Below, one piece after another: positions 47,866-62,121 of a DNA stretch of 64,000 nucleotides; position 1 is the first letter of the stretch, and every line of letters begins with the position of its first letter. The position numbers and the translations under genes were made by a program. The stretch is taken from contig NC_045730.1 of assembly GCF_009834535.1 (NCBI RefSeq), positions 26,040,001 through 26,104,000 on the forward strand, read 5' to 3'. This DNA is from Camelus ferus. Taxonomy: Eukaryota. The notes beneath the pieces are model-generated. The model did no database searches. It worked only from the letters and a program-made list of their open reading frames with translations, and was not told where the DNA came from.

Positions 47866-49779
47866 GATTCAGACGTCGCGTGTCCGCTCAGCTGTCCGCC
47901 CATGCTGCCCTTCAATGACCGGCTATTCCAAGATTCTCAAAAGTATGATCCACCTCAACGTCTTGACATGGAAATTTTATTCCTGGACCCAAAGAACTGG
48001 GCCACAGCCGTGTTGTTAGAAGGTAAGTCTGAAGGCTGAAATCCATGGATTCAAGTTCCAGACTGACTGTCCTTGTATTCAATCGGGCTGCCTTCCCTGA
48101 AAAATCCAAACTTTTAAGTAGCTGTGTGTATGTTTAATTGCTGTTTAGAATTTAGTCAGCTCCCTCCACGGAGAATCTAAATCCCAGCAGGTATCTGGAC
48201 CAAAGTACAATCTTTGCCTAATCTAAGCTTTCACTTAAAGCTTTCTATAAAATATGAATTTGTGAATGGGAGTTGATGGCCAGAGGCTGGGGAGTTACAG
48301 GATATTGAATGAGCTGTCACATTGCCATAACCTGATTTAGATCCGCAGAGGCAACTGTGACCGGAATTTTCTGGGCTGAAACGATGATGGGAGAGTTATA
48401 CATAGCGAGGTTATGGCAGATTCGCCTTGGGAGTGACTGTAAGGGCAACGGATTGTGACGGGAGGTGAAATGTACGTGCGCGTGACGGCGTGCTTCCAGG
48501 GAAGGACGTTGCTGGGGCAAAGGGGGAGATTTATTTGGAATTTTAAGGGCATCGAAAATTTCAGAATCAGAACACCTTGTAGCAGGTGCATTGAATCTTA
48601 AATCATGAATTAAAAAAATCCAGTCACACGGCAGTCATCGCAGTAGCATTAGCTGAGGAGTTGATTTAAGTGATACGTCTTAGAACTTTTTAGGAGTAAA
48701 AGCTTACGTTGCCAATTCTGTGGGCAAACTTTGGCCAAGGCTCCACATTTCCAGAGGAAGTCCGACCGCTGGTTAGTAGGTGCCGGGCACCTGAACCACC
48801 CGCGGCGCAGCTCAGACCCCCGCCTGTGAGCGGGGAAGTGATCGCCGGGAACTTCGCGACCTCCCCAGCTTGTCTTCCTCCTGTGCCCTGGCTCTGAGGG
48901 GCGCACAGCCGCCCGCCCCACACCCGCCCCCGGGGTCACTGCTTCTGCCCGATGCTGCCTCACTGGGTCATCCTGATGGGAGGAGGCCGCTGCCCGGTTC
49001 TGGGGCCCCCTCACCTGCCCCCAGTTCCTGCGTTCTGATGCTGCACCTTTGCCCCTTCCTCAGGCTGGGGGGTCGTGGTTTAAATCACTTTTGTCTTGTA
49101 ACACACGTGTAAATCACGCCCTGGAAATACGATGTCACTGCAGTCATTTCCTCATTAATAAGTCAGGCTTCTGAGCTGCTGCTTCAGATAAGCCAGCTGA
49201 CAAAAGAGCTACCATCACCTTGCGGTCAGCCTCCTCCCGCTGGGGCTGGGGTGCAAAGACCGGACCAAAGGCCGATCACGGAAACAGAAGATTTAAGCTT
49301 TTGTTCCCCAAATTCTCAAATTGTACTGTTTCATCAGCACCTCAGCTACCTGGCTGAATGTGACTGTTTCATTTTTTTTAATTCATAATTCATGATACAA
49401 TGTTTCTTCTACATGTTTCTCTGATCTGAAATTATCTATGTTCTTAAAATTCCAAGTTTAACTCTTCATTTTTGTTCCCAGAATTATTCCATTCTTCTCA
49501 ACTCTATGGTCAAAAGAAACTCTTGGGAAAGCAAAGACTAAAAACCAAAAAAACAAAAAGACCGGAGATACAAATCCAGTGAGATGTCAAACACATTCAG
49601 GTCCAGACTGTCCACCCTAAGCCTCGTGAGTTACAGTGCCCACAGCTGCTTTTGACTGAGCTTTATTGGCAGCCAGAGCCAGGGCCAGGGCCAGGGCCAG
49701 CCTGCGGTCTCCTGTGGTGTCTGGTCTGACAATTAAGCACATACATATATCAGTGAGGAGGTTTAATTTGATTAGGTTT

Positions 49780-49900
49780 TATTCATTCACGTTCGTCTAT
49801 GCATTCACAAATTTACTGAATCCCTAGCAGGGCTGGTGCAGGAGAGTCTCTGCTTGAGGAGTCTGTAGTCCAGCAGGACCACAAGCCAACACCAACCATA
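49780..49900 (-). mobile_element. L2 3' fragment
   Basis: ttcattcacgttcgtctatgcattcacaaatttactgaatcc...tctctgcttgaggagtctgtagtccag. Confidence 0.5.
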
Positions 49901-52900
49901 ATGAGATGTAACAATTGAGATTACCAATAAGGAACTATTTCTTCAGTTCTCATCAATTTATTTATGTCGCTGGGGAAGAAAAATGGAAAACGTGGGAATT
50001 ACTCAGCTTAAGAACGACTGTACCTCAACAGCTCAGTCAGCCACGTGGAACCCCAAACGTATTTTCTTCCACGTTAGGTCACAGAAATTGCAGCTGAAGG
50101 ACTTTTTTTCTACATTGCCACGTACATTTAAGTCCTGGTGGCCGTGAAGAGGGGAAGGGTAAGAAAGCAGAAAGCAGGGTAAGAAGGAGGACAGCGGGGC
50201 ATGAAATGGTGGCAATAACTCAGCCTGACCCCCGGCACATCCCCTTCCGTCTCTGAGCCTCAGGTTCCTTGCTGCACAGGAGATAGCACTCCGCCGCCCT
50301 CCGGAGCATGCCGCAGCTGCCGGGGGTCCAGCCCCTCTTTCTCGAGCAGGACCTTTCTGCAGCTGCTCCATTTTCCAGTGCCCTAATTTACAGACTTCCA
50401 AACTTCTCCACCCACATTCGCTGAAGTTAGCCATTCCCAAATGACCTGCCTTTCCTCTCCAGCCCCTCAGAACTCCGGTTAACTCAGGCTGCTGGCTCTC
50501 AGCTGGCTCTCAGGAGGCAAGCAACCCGATTGAACCCACTCACACCAACGCATGAAGGGCTTGACCGTCTCTGAACTCCCCTAGAGTTAGTTGCATTAAA
50601 AAAAAAAAATGCTTATTATCCAAAAAAGCATGTCTCAGTGAGGCGATCTCAGCCAGCGAGCCAAAGTGAAGTCAAAACTCCGCGCACAGTTGGGGAAAGA
50701 TATTTTTGGGCCGGGGAAGGTCAGCTCATTCTGTGCACCTGTCCCTGGTCAGCTCCACACGGCATTTCCTTTTTCACAGTCTCGTTCCTTTCTTTACTTC
50801 TGAACTTCCAATTTCTCTAAAGCTTTCTGCCCACCTGGAATGGCTTTTTTGGCTGTAGCACCAGGGGTTCCAAAGGTGAGGAGACGAAGGAAGGAAGGGG
50901 CGTTTGCACACGCTGCTCATTTTTCTGAGTCATTTATAGGTAGGGCTCTGATTCTGCGGTAATGGCTCTGGGATGGTGGACATGTGAGTTTGGAGAGAAA
51001 TGTTCTTTGGCAGTGAAAGTCCACATTCAGGGAACTTCTAAAGACTCTCCAGTGGCCCCAGGAGTACGTTTTGTAAGACTGATTGACTTACAGATATTTG
51101 TACCAAACTGTCAACATTTTGTATGTGAGCTGGCATAGATCTTGGAGATTTATTTTGTCCTCATTCCTTGTTTTAAATACAAGAAAGCCACAACCCAGAG
51201 AAGTAAACGTGAGCAGCCCCTGTAACGGCTCCTGTGCCCTCACTTCCTTTGGCTCTTGGCACAGCTGTGAGGACACACGTGGACCCTCGGTGGTGAGGTC
51301 TGTCCATGGTGCTTCCCCAAAAACAGGTTCCTCCCCCGAGACGGCAAAGCAGAGGACCAGCTACAGGGCAGGCTGTCTGCCGCGCGAGAAGCCTCCGCAC
51401 TTCCAAGCTCAGATTGTCAACAGGGGCGTCTGGTAACACCACTGGCTGCCGCTCATGGTTGGAAGCAGTTGTTGGAAGCGGTGGAAATGGCACCAGAGCA
51501 GCAGTTGGGGGTGTCGCCCCATTTTGGGCAGCGCAGTTGCAGTATACCACGACCCCTGACATTCCTCGTTCATACACTAATTAGGGAAGACATTTAATCT
51601 GAAGAAAAGGCTAAGGATCCTCGACTCTTTTGGTCACAGCGCGGGCGGGGAGTGTCAAACAGGGTGATCTACGTCGAAATGTCTCATAAACTGGAAGTGT
51701 CTGCAAATGGCTGACCGTTTACGCACGGCTTTTCACTCCACCCTTCCTCCATCAAACTTGACTCTGTCTTCCTTCCAGCTGGCACAGTTCTCAGGATGTC
51801 AGTCCCCTCACAGAAGTTCAGATTTTTATGGCTGGAACTTAAATGCACTGCCAGGGGGAGTGTGGAGGGTCAGAATCAATGCTCGGTGGATTTCTCGTTA
51901 TCAGCTCCTTCAGATTGCTCTGAAAAGTGCAGGTCAGTGGGCAGATGCCCTCGTGCCTGCTGGGGATATCTGACCCTGAAAGTAGTGAGAAAATTAAATT
52001 AAGATTTTTACTGTGCCCCCAGCAAAAACAGTTACCGAGCCAGTCAAGTGTTAGTGTGTCTGAAGCCTGCAGTCATAATTGTGTTACTAGGCAAGTTCTT
52101 AGAACGAGTGTCTTCTTCTTAATAAAGTGTTTTAATTATATTGCATAATTCTTGATCTCCCATGGAAAATGCTTCGTTTCTCCCAGTGAATCTTTGAATT
52201 TCCACTGCTCTCTTGCTTGGCATTTTAATTTAATCAAACACTAGTCATTGCAAAGAAACTCAAGAAGAACAAAGTCATTTTCTTTGCTCTGCTCTTCAGC
52301 ATTCCAGTACTTGATCCGTGCAAATTCCATACATAAACAATGACAACTTCCCCATTATTTGAAAAGTATATAGATATGTGACCCAGTCAATTATGGAAAC
52401 GATCCAAGAGTGCATTCATTTTGGAGTTACCCACTTAATAACAGAGAGCATATTAACTTTATTTTTAATGTATCTGTTTAGAGATTTAAAACTAAATTAC
52501 AGCCATTTGTCTAATATTTTTGTGAAACATGTTTCAAGGCTTTCTGTAAGTACTTCAAAATGTCTCTAGGGATCTTGAGGATGCCTGTTACCAAAACTGC
52601 CACAAACATTTGTAACAAGTCACAGAACAGGAATCTTCTTGCTGCAGGGTAGGGTTTGCCAGTCGGATGTAGGTATGGATGGGCAGGAAATGGGAAATTA
52701 GATCACGGACGGATAATCCTCCAGAGCCCAGAACCCCGGCAAAGACAAGGTAACGGTGACGTGTGTACAACAGCCATGGACCAGGAACTTCCTGGGGACA
52801 GAGTGACACAGAGCCTGGCAGGTGGAAGAGGTCAGCTGTCAGAGACGTGAAAATGGAGCAGTCATGGTCAATGAGGGGAGTGGTTGGCCACACCTGTGGT

Positions 52901-53224
52901 CACACGATTCTGGCCACACCACATCACTGAAATTTAACTCAACTTGGGCTACTTTGCAAATTTAATACATGCTGTGGAGCTTCTCCCAAAACATGTTTTT
53001 CTGCAATTTGAGGGCACTCCTGGCTCACTGATGGAACGCCCCAAGCTCCTAAGTGTCCATGGACCCCAACATAAAAACTTTCCTCACCGTTTTTAGTTAG
53101 GAGATCTGTGTCTTGCAGGCATGCTCATGGCTGAAGGCTAATTATCATACACTGAGTTTACCTGATCCTTAAGATAAATCTGAAAGCTCCCAGGTTTCTG
53201 GTTCCCCTACTAACTAGGGATTTT

Positions 53225-54170
53225 CATAACCTCTTGCTGCTCCTTTCACTTATCTGAAAAACCCAAAGNNNNNNNNNNNNNNNNNNNNNNNNNNNNNNNN
53301 NNNNNNNNNNNNNNNNNNNNNNNNNNNNNNNNNNNNNNNNNNNNNNNNNNNNNNNNNNNNNNNNNNNNNNNNNNNNNNNNNNNNNNNNNNNNNNNNNNNN
53401 NNNNNNNNNNNNNNNNNNNATGCTCTGCCATGGAGAACGTTCCATGTGCTCCTGAGAGGATGGGGACTCTGCTGTTGCTATTTGGAATGTCCTGCGTACG
53501 TCTTCTAGGTCCGTTTGGTGTAAAGTATGATTCACGTCCAGTCTTTTCTCGTTGATTTTCGGTTTGAATGTCTATGCGCTGCTGAAAGTGGGGTTTTGCA
53601 GTCGCCTACTGTTATATATATCTTTCTATTTCCCCCTTCAGATCTGTTAGTTTTTGCTGAATACATTTAAGAGCTAAGGTGTTGGGTGCTTATATATTTG
53701 ATTGCTATGTCTTCATGATGAATGGACCCCTTTTCATTATATAATGACCTCCTTTGTCTCTTATTACACTTTTTGGATTAAATCTGCTTTGATATAAGCA
53801 TAGCTACCCCATCCTCCTTTAGTTTCCATTTGCATGGGGTATCTTTTACTGTCCCCTCATTTTGTGTCCATGTGTGTCCTTAAAGCTGAAGTGTGTCCCT
53901 TGTAGGCAGCATACAGTTGGTTTTCGGTTTTTAATCCATCCAGTCACTCTGCATCTCTTGACTGGAGAATTTAATCCATTTACATTTAGAGTAGTTATTG
54001 ATAGGTAAAGACTTACAAATGCCATCTTACTGTTTTCTGGCTGTTTTGGAGTTCTTGGTTCCTTTCTTCTTCTCTTGCTGCCTTCCTTCATGAATTGATG
54101 GATTTCTGTACTGATATGCTTTGAGTCCTTTCTCTTTATGCTCTTTTGTAATCTGCTATAGGTTTTCACA
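53225..54170 (-). mobile_element. Decayed L1 inter-ORF region plus ORF2 APE-like endonuclease N-terminus
   Basis: MAFVSLYLSITTLNVNGLNSPVKRCRVTGWIKNRKPTVCCLQGTHFSFKDTH (ATG at 54025) matches the L1 EN motifs TLNVNGL and CCLQETH. HTLHQTDLEDVRRTF at ~53480-53530 continues it in another frame. Frameshifts and stops; N gap 53269-53419. Confidence 0.92.
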
Positions 54171-55094
54171 TCATTGTTACTGCCTCTTTAGTGGCAGGAG
54201 CTGGTTCAGACAGGCACGTAGAGATGGAGACCAGAGTAGGCAGCAAGGGCGAGGCCCAACTCTGAGTGCACTCATAGAGGGAGGGGAGTGACAGAGAGAG
54301 AGAGAAAGCCAATGTGGTAAAATTGATGAATCTCAATGTGTCAACAATTGATAAATCTCAGTGAATGGCATTTTTCAACTCTTTAAGTTTGAAATGACTT
54401 CAGAGTGCTATTAGTTAAAATATGTTAGCTGCTATTTGGAAAAAAAAAAAGTAAAAAACAAAACAAAACAAACGGATGAAGAAGCACCTCCAGGGACCAC
54501 TGGATTCCATGTGACACTACATTCACCTGAGTAAGAGGAACATTTTGTTTTTTCCCAAATATCTCTCAGGAAGAGTGGTTGTTCCAGGATCCAAACCTAA
54601 ACCTATCAAATTCCATAGCCTATGGGGTTTTTAAAATTAATTTTCACAATCAAATACATTGTTTGTTATGTTCCTTATTTAAAGATTCAGGTGCCAAATT
54701 CTAGTCTACTCAGAACTAGGAAGAGATGTCTTTCTCCTGCTGAGTCATGGTAGCTTTACCAGCTGATGCCCCTGAAGACATCCTCCTTCGGGATTTCAGT
54801 CCCAAGCACAGCCCGGGGTCAGGCCCACTCAGTTAAGTCCCGCTCTGTTTCTTAGAAAGTGTGTAAATTATCTAATCCTTTTAAACTCCACATCCCACAT
54901 CTGGATTAAGTGAGACAGTGCATGCAGAGCATTGAATAGATACAACCACTCAAAAAATACAACCTAATATTTTCATAACATTTTGTTAATAATTACTTAG
55001 TTTAGGCTTGATGTCATTGTTAATCTCTCTTATCTATGCCTTTTGATGAACAAAATTTGGGGGGGGTTTGTGTTTTTTTTTCTTTTCAAATTAG

Positions 55095-55410
55095 TCACCA
55101 ATGGCATTTGTTCAGATAGGCTAGGTTATATTGTAACAAAATCCCTGAAATTTCCGTGGCTTTAGCAGAAAAGACAAAACCCCTGTGTAGCCCTGTTCTG
55201 TCCTATGTCCCAGGGGACGTGGTCTCCACCCCTTGTCGCTGGCAGCTGCTGTGGCCGGGAGGAGAGGACCCCAGGAATCCCACGTGGGACGTCCCTCGCC
55301 CCCACCAGGAAGGGCTCGGGCCATTTCCGTGGCCTGCACTCAGCCAGGGGCTGCAGAGACTGCCTTCCACAGGCCCCAGAGCGGACGAGGACGGCTGTGA
55401 CCATCCCGGG
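55095..55410 (-). mobile_element. Old MaLR LTR (MLT1J/K-like)
   Basis: cagataggctaggttatattgtaacaaaatccctgaaatttccgtggcttt pattern. Confidence 0.45.
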
Positions 55411-56299
55411 AGTGCCCCATGTTACTTATTTGCTGTCTTCTTAATCTAGCTTTAATGTAGTTTTGGTCTTTGTGTGTGTTTGTAAACCACTCCAAATCTT
55501 TATCATGAAAAAGTGCCTGTGGAAAATGACCTCCTAAGATTTTTATAGGGAAATTGGATTTGCTCACCCTTTTGCTATTTATGCCTCATAGCATGATGTT
55601 ATTGGAGGATAATTCTTTGACACTTCGAGAATTTACATCTATTGTGCCTTGTTAGTTTCAAGGGATTTATGCCTGCAGAATGTCGTTGTCTTCCAGAACT
55701 ATTCCACCAAAAACTCTTCCTCCTGACACTCAGTTATTAGCACTGTTTACATTCTCTGTGGAAGTAAATATTTCTGGATGTAAACTTAATCGGGAAGATT
55801 AATTACATAGAGCAATGATGATAACGCAGGCTTTCTTAAAACCATTACACCAGACACTTGCGTATTTGTCAAAATCCAACCTATTTGAAGTGCGGTTGGT
55901 CACCGTGGAAAACAAACGGGCGTAAAGCCCTCGAAGAGAGCTGGTTGTACAACTTACACGCGAATAGTGCCAACAATAACTAGGAAACCCTCCCAAGTTT
56001 ATGATTTCAAAAATGGAAGTAATGTGGCTCAGTTTGAAAAGGGATTCAGAACATCAAATACTTAATCTCCTTTTTTTGAGAATTGGTCTGTAAACATGAT
56101 GACTCTCGGATTTCTTACTTTTGATCCCATGGGGTCAGAAACATAAGGGACGTCCTATTTCTCAGGATATTTTGACATTTCAGTTTCAAATCCTCCTGAG
56201 AAACAGACACGGTGGAAGCGGATGAAGACAAAGGGCTGTATTGTTGTGACTTTTAAAAAAATCTTTCTATTAAATACGAGAGTGACTCGATCGTGCACT

Positions 56300-57500
56300 C
56301 GAGCTGAATTTGGGTGCTCAGGGCATTAAGTGGCGGGAAGGTGGGGCCGCCACCTCCCACACCGGCGCGGTGCCTCTTTCCTCAGAGGGGACTGGGCGAA
56401 GGGAGGGGGCGTGGCATGGAACCCCCAAGCCGCACCTGCGGTGCCGTCTGCTTCTGAAGTGGCTCTGAGCTGCTCTGTGCTCCCTGCCTGGGGTCCCCTC
56501 CAGGTTCAGGCTCCCCACCGTGCTGCTCCCCTTGTCCCCTGTGGACCTGCCCCAGGCGAGCGTCCTCCCCGGGGCTGAGAGGTGCTGGACAGACGCTCGC
56601 CGGCGGCCTCCACAGCCTCTCCCCGGGCCCCTGGGAGCTCCGCGTCCCAGGGGGCAAAGTCCCACATCCGTCTGCAGTCCCTGCGGCCAGGCTCGCCCTG
56701 CCTCTGCCTCCCAGCCGTGCTCCGCCTCCTCGTCTCCTGCGAGCTGGCCTTCTGCCCCGGCCCTCGAGGTCCGTGCTGGGGGTAGGGCAGAGGGGAGAGG
56801 AGGATAAAGGTGAACGCTTCACTATTTCGGTGACGACTCCGTGAGCTAGCGGCCACACGCAGTGAAATCGAGAACGTTGGCAAACATATTCCTCCTCCAT
56901 TTCCACAGAACTTGCCTGTTCGTCTAATCAGGTCGGGCTGCGCAGGTCATTTAGGACATGTTTGCAACTGGGACAGGTTCCGTCTGGAAGCAGGCGGCTC
57001 CGTGGAAAGGGACCTTCGCGACTGGAGGGAAGACTGGTGCTCGTGTGTGACGTGCTGCTCTGACTCCTGACCTGGTTTCGTGCCTCCTCTTCCTACAGGC
57101 ACAGCTGTGCGTCTTCAGCTGGAGCTGGAGCACTCGGTATCCTTCTCACGGGTTGCCGTGCGTGCTCGGGCAGGCTGGTCTACAGGAGCCCTGGACTGTG
57201 AATTGCTCAGTCACTGCCCGTTTAATTGGTTTCATCCCGGTCTCTTAAAAAAGTGACCATCCTGAAGGGCACGTCCAGCATGGTTATTTGTAGATAGTGC
57301 AGTGGGATGATTAACCGGTGGGAAGCAGGACGCCTGGGACCGCCGCGGTACCACCGCCGCTCGTCGTATCTCCTAATTGTGCGACGCTGCGCTTCCTCTT
57401 CCGAGGCGTGCTTGTCTCAGATCCCTGCGCGCGCCGTCAGCAGCTCCTGGGAGGGACTGCGGCTCACACCTTCCTCTGCCTTAGCATCTGCGACCATGTT
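56300..57500. promoter_or_regulatory. CpG-rich patch
   Basis: GC/CpG-dense, repeat-poor; overlapping ORFs have no recognisable homology. Confidence 0.35.
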
Positions 57501-59756
57501 TTATATTTGGCTGAATCTCAATAAATATTTTATGGATGAATTAATGGTTACCTTGTAAAAGTGTCTACTCAGCCATAGCAACTGGCTTGTCTCCATGGGC
57601 TGGGCATATCCTAGGGGTGTCAGAGCCCGAGAGTCTCAAAAGGGGAGTTTAAATAGTTTGTTTCTTGATGGTCTTGTCCTTGGCATTTAATCTTAGGTTT
57701 TCGGCCTGACTACAGAAGCCATAAGGATTAGTTTCAAATAATCCTGACAGTTGAGAGCAGGAAGGATCTCAGACGATGGGCCAAGGGTCCAGATTCAGAG
57801 CTGGAGGACCTGGGAGGGTGAGCCTGGTCCCAAGGCTCAGACTCACCGTGTCCAGGAGATGAAGAGCCTGGACCCATCCCTTCCTTCCTGGGGCTCTTGC
57901 CTCCAGTGGGCGCTAACGCAGCTGAGCCTGCCTCCTCTCCTTTTAGTATTGACTCTGTGGTGGCTTTTTACTGGAGATAGCTAAAAATAATATAATTTCA
58001 GGTTTGTATTTTAAAAGTATACTAATCAAAATCCCAGGCATATGACAAAATATCCGTGTGGTCGGGAGTGTGTGTGAGTATCAGTGTGAGAGTCCAGAAC
58101 TCAGGGTCCCGTTCACCCTAACCCTCTGTGCGAAAAAGCCAGGAGGTCCTACCTGCCTCCAGATTGTGAGGAATAGGAAGGAGTACATCTGAAGGAAGTA
58201 CCTCAGCTTTAGAAATTAATCTTATCATCCGTAGGAAGAATGTTACATGTTTAGTGTATGTGGCAATTTAACTCTGTAATTTCTCCTTTTTGTTTATTTC
58301 TAAACCAAAACCCTGTACTAAGTAGCTCTCACCTGGGGCATCTGCCCACAGCCCTGACCTGTTTTCTCCATGCGAGCTGGCAGACGAGGACAGCTGACCC
58401 CTAACAGGAGTCGTTCTTTGTTTCTTAAGTTATTTTGATTATTTAAGTGTGGCTAATGTTGGCAAATATAAAGCTCATTTAGAACTGAGAATTTCTCCCT
58501 TCTTGATTTCTTGATCGGTTTTATTATAGAAAAAGGTGGAAATGACCTGAAATAATATATCAATATATCAATACCAGATACCAATTCCACAACATGTGGC
58601 AAGTTTAACCTTGAAAATAAAATTTAAAGAAGTTCTCAGTACGTGCATTTTCTTTTTCACAAACTCCTTTTAATCGCAGGTCGATCTTAGTTTCCATATT
58701 TCCTGTCTATTTTTGCTACTCTATTTAGAGTTCTAAGTTTCAACCTCCCTGCAAGAAATACACTAGAGTTCTTCTTGGGAGAATTGTGGAAGGGGTGTAA
58801 ACATTGGCTTATGTTTCTTCTTTTCTGGGATTAGTGGGTTTTTTCCTGTTGTCATCTCTTTGGGGACAGTCAAGTACTGGGCTAAATTTTCATTATTATT
58901 CAAAAAGAAGGATTTTTTAATTGATAAAAAGCCTAACTTGCCCTCAACAAAATGAGTTTTGCTAATTAAAAGGCTCTCATTTGAAGTCATTGTTAACACC
59001 TGTCGAATACCAACCAAACATCTGAGTGTTTACCCTTGTGTTTCGTGTTTGTCCTGTTTCCTCTGAAGGAATGGATGATAGTACTGTGGTTGCTCTGTGT
59101 GCAAAGTGCCACATTCCTAGGAAGAGTGCTGTTCATCAGCGGAGCCTGAAAACATGTGGGAGAACTCAGGGGAAGAATGAGTTAAAACCAAAAGAAAAAA
59201 AAAAAAAAGAAAATCCTGCCCCCCCCATAAGTTTTAAACCAAGTTAAAAATAATATTTAGTCGTCTGAATACTGGTAAATTATTATTCAGTGACCTAACT
59301 GAAACTTTAGAGTAAATCAGTGAGAATTAACACAATTACTCATATAACTACAGTGTAAACTAAGATGATGATAATTTTAAAAATCAAATCTAATTGACAG
59401 TTGTCACTGAATCTTGTTCCTTCAATGGCAGGCTAGCCTGTATTATGCTGCTTAATTCACTCTAAATTAAAAGTAAACTCCTATTCCCCAAAGATAAAAT
59501 TATTTATAGTGCAAGTAAGGATTATTCTATTTCCTGAGATGTGTGGGATTTCTCCTACACAGTTCTGATGCCTTCTGGGAGAAGATCCCCAGAGCACCAT
59601 GGCAGAAATCTTTTCCAGGTCCAAACCGCCCCTTATCACCAGGGAATACATGTGCTCAGGCATCCATCCCATTGCTTCCTTAAATGGGTCATGTGAGCAA
59701 GAAATCGGGTTGTGTTAGTAACCGTTAAAAGATGTATATGCTGAGTGTTCTGGTAC

Positions 59757-59975
59757 TGAGTTTGGAATCTGCAGATACTAATTACTGTGTATAAAATAGA
59801 TAAACAGCAAAGTCCTACTGTGTAACACAGGGAACCATATTCAGGACCTTGTAGTAACCTATAACGAAAAAGACTGTGAAAAGGAATATACGTATGTTTA
59901 TGTATCACTGAAACATTATGCTGTACAACAGAAATTGACACGTTGTGAAATGACTACTCTTCAATAATAAAAAAT
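59757..59975 (+). mobile_element. Young L1 3' tail
   Basis: gagtttggaatctgcagatactaattactgtgtataaaatagataaacagcaaagtcctactgtgtaacacagggaacc...tatgctgtacaacagaaattgacac...aataataaaaa. Confidence 0.85.
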
Positions 59976-60429
59976 CTTTTAAAGATACTGAAAATAGAAT
60001 TAAATATTAAAAAAGTTCAAGCAAAAAAAAGATACTTACGTTGAATATACTGATCAAGAGACAATGTTCCCAAATAGTAAAACAAAAATATTATTAAAAT
60101 ATTTTAGATACAAAGGTTAATAAATATATTATAAATCATGTATTTCATAAACATGTGGCAGGTTCTGTAGATTTGTGAAAAATCTTACCATGAAGACTTT
60201 TCACTGCCAGGAGCAAACGCGAGGTGGTTTGTTTCATGAAAAACGTAATTTTAGGCACAAGGCTGGATGGCTTTAAAGACACTCTCCACATGGTCCCTCA
60301 CAATGTCTGAGATGGTCAGACCTGAAACCCAGGGTGTGAGCGCTGTGTTCTGTAAATGAGGCTTAGAGAAAATGCTTGGGGTGTTTCTATTAGCATCGCT
60401 CACCTTTACTGACCCGCGTGCTGGGTGTT

Positions 60430-60600
60430 CCCTTGAGCACTGCACACTTCACTGTTTCTTACAAAGGCGCTGAGGTCGTTAGTACTGTCTCCATTTTACA
60501 GGCAACACTAGCTGAGGCACAGGGAAGTTCAGCGACTCGCTATCTGTCTCAGAGTCACCTGGGAGATCCAGGACTCCAGACGGAGCGACTGGGCTCAGGG
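60430..60600 (-). mobile_element. MIR fragment
   Basis: ctccattttacaggcaacactagctgaggcacagggaagttcagcgactcgc. Confidence 0.6.
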
Positions 60601-62121
60601 TGAGGTCACCACGGGGCTTTCTGTCTGTGGAGCAGGGTAGTTACTTCCGGAGGCAGTGGAGGCCAGGGAGGGAGGGGCGGTGGGTGCAGCTAAAGCAAAG
60701 CACAAACGGGGAGCTTCCTCCAGGTAATGTTCAGCCTTTCTTTTCTACAGCATAGAGGAATTCATCCTGCTTCTTTACTTGGAAATATAGACCCTGAGTG
60801 GGAACACATCCTTTATGACCCCAATTTAGCAACAGCCTCAAGCTGTTCCTAACTTCAGATTCCTGCGTGACTGACTCAAACTGACAGTGATGAACAAATC
60901 TGGGCTGACACTTTACCAAAATTCGGGTTATTTATCTCATTAATATTTTTCTTTAGGCAAAATATATTTGTTATGCCCTTTCTATTTATAAAATGGAAAT
61001 TGAGTCAGAGGACCCTCTGTGACAGGCAGCAGAGCAGCAGAAGACAGGTGGTTTAGATGCCCTTAAGAGGACGCCTTAGCACAGTTTGAAAAGTGCAGTC
61101 TCTTTGTCAAAAGATGTAAGTCTGATTCGGGCGGTGCTCCCTGTTACCACTTTGGTCCTCTGCACAGAAGTGGCCTGCATTTCTAAAGCAGGGCTCCTGC
61201 CACGCGCGCCACAGTCCCACACGCAGCTCCTGAGAGCGGGGATGTGACCAAGCTGCCGCACTGGCTTCCTTTCTGCTGACCAGGCTTCTCGAGGTGTGAG
61301 ATTGAAGCTGCAGTCCAGCCCCGAAGCAGAGGTCTGGGCTGCTGGCGCCACAGCTGTTTGTTCTTCTTTCAATAACTCCCTTCATGGGCCACCTTATGGA
61401 GAATCTTGTCAATAAGCCATGACTGGTGATCTGTCCCTTCCATCAGGAGGATTCAAATATACTGAAAATCCAAAGATGAACCCTGAATATACCTTTAACA
61501 AAGTCCGAACATCGTTTAACAAGCACCCTCACGGCAGGCTTGGTGCTTCACCCGAGGTGTGGGCTCGCCCATCCTGGTCTGAGTGGGTCCGAGTGCGGAA
61601 GGATTTGAGGGAGAGTCGATTTTTTTAAAAAAGGTAATCATTCTCGAAAAGGAACATTCTTGAAAGAGGAAGTTTGTGGTGAGGCTTTATGACAAGTTTA
61701 GGTGTCCAGATGTCTCCTGTGACAAATGTCAAATTTATCTCCATTACCTCTGATGAGTTAGCAAGAGCATTTTGTAGATCCGAAGACATGACCTCAGCTT
61801 CATCTGGTTTACAGGTAAATGCTGGTAAGCAGAGGCCCGGGGACTGCTGTTCTGAAGCACTTCCTCCCCAGGCCCAACACGATTCCTTGGCTTCTCCCCG
61901 ACTGCAGCCTTTGAGAACTGAAGAAGGTAATTATCATCCTCGGAGACGCCATGCTCAGAGGACCCGCAGGGCCCTTGTGACGTGGGTCGTGTCTTTGGGC
62001 ATTTTAACCAAGCCCAGGAGGAGGCTGGTGACATCCTTAATTCACGGGTTGGGTCAGGCACGCTCCTGGGCCCTTGGTGTTACGTCCGCCTGCCCCGTGC
62101 TTGCTTCTCTGTTGTTCACAG

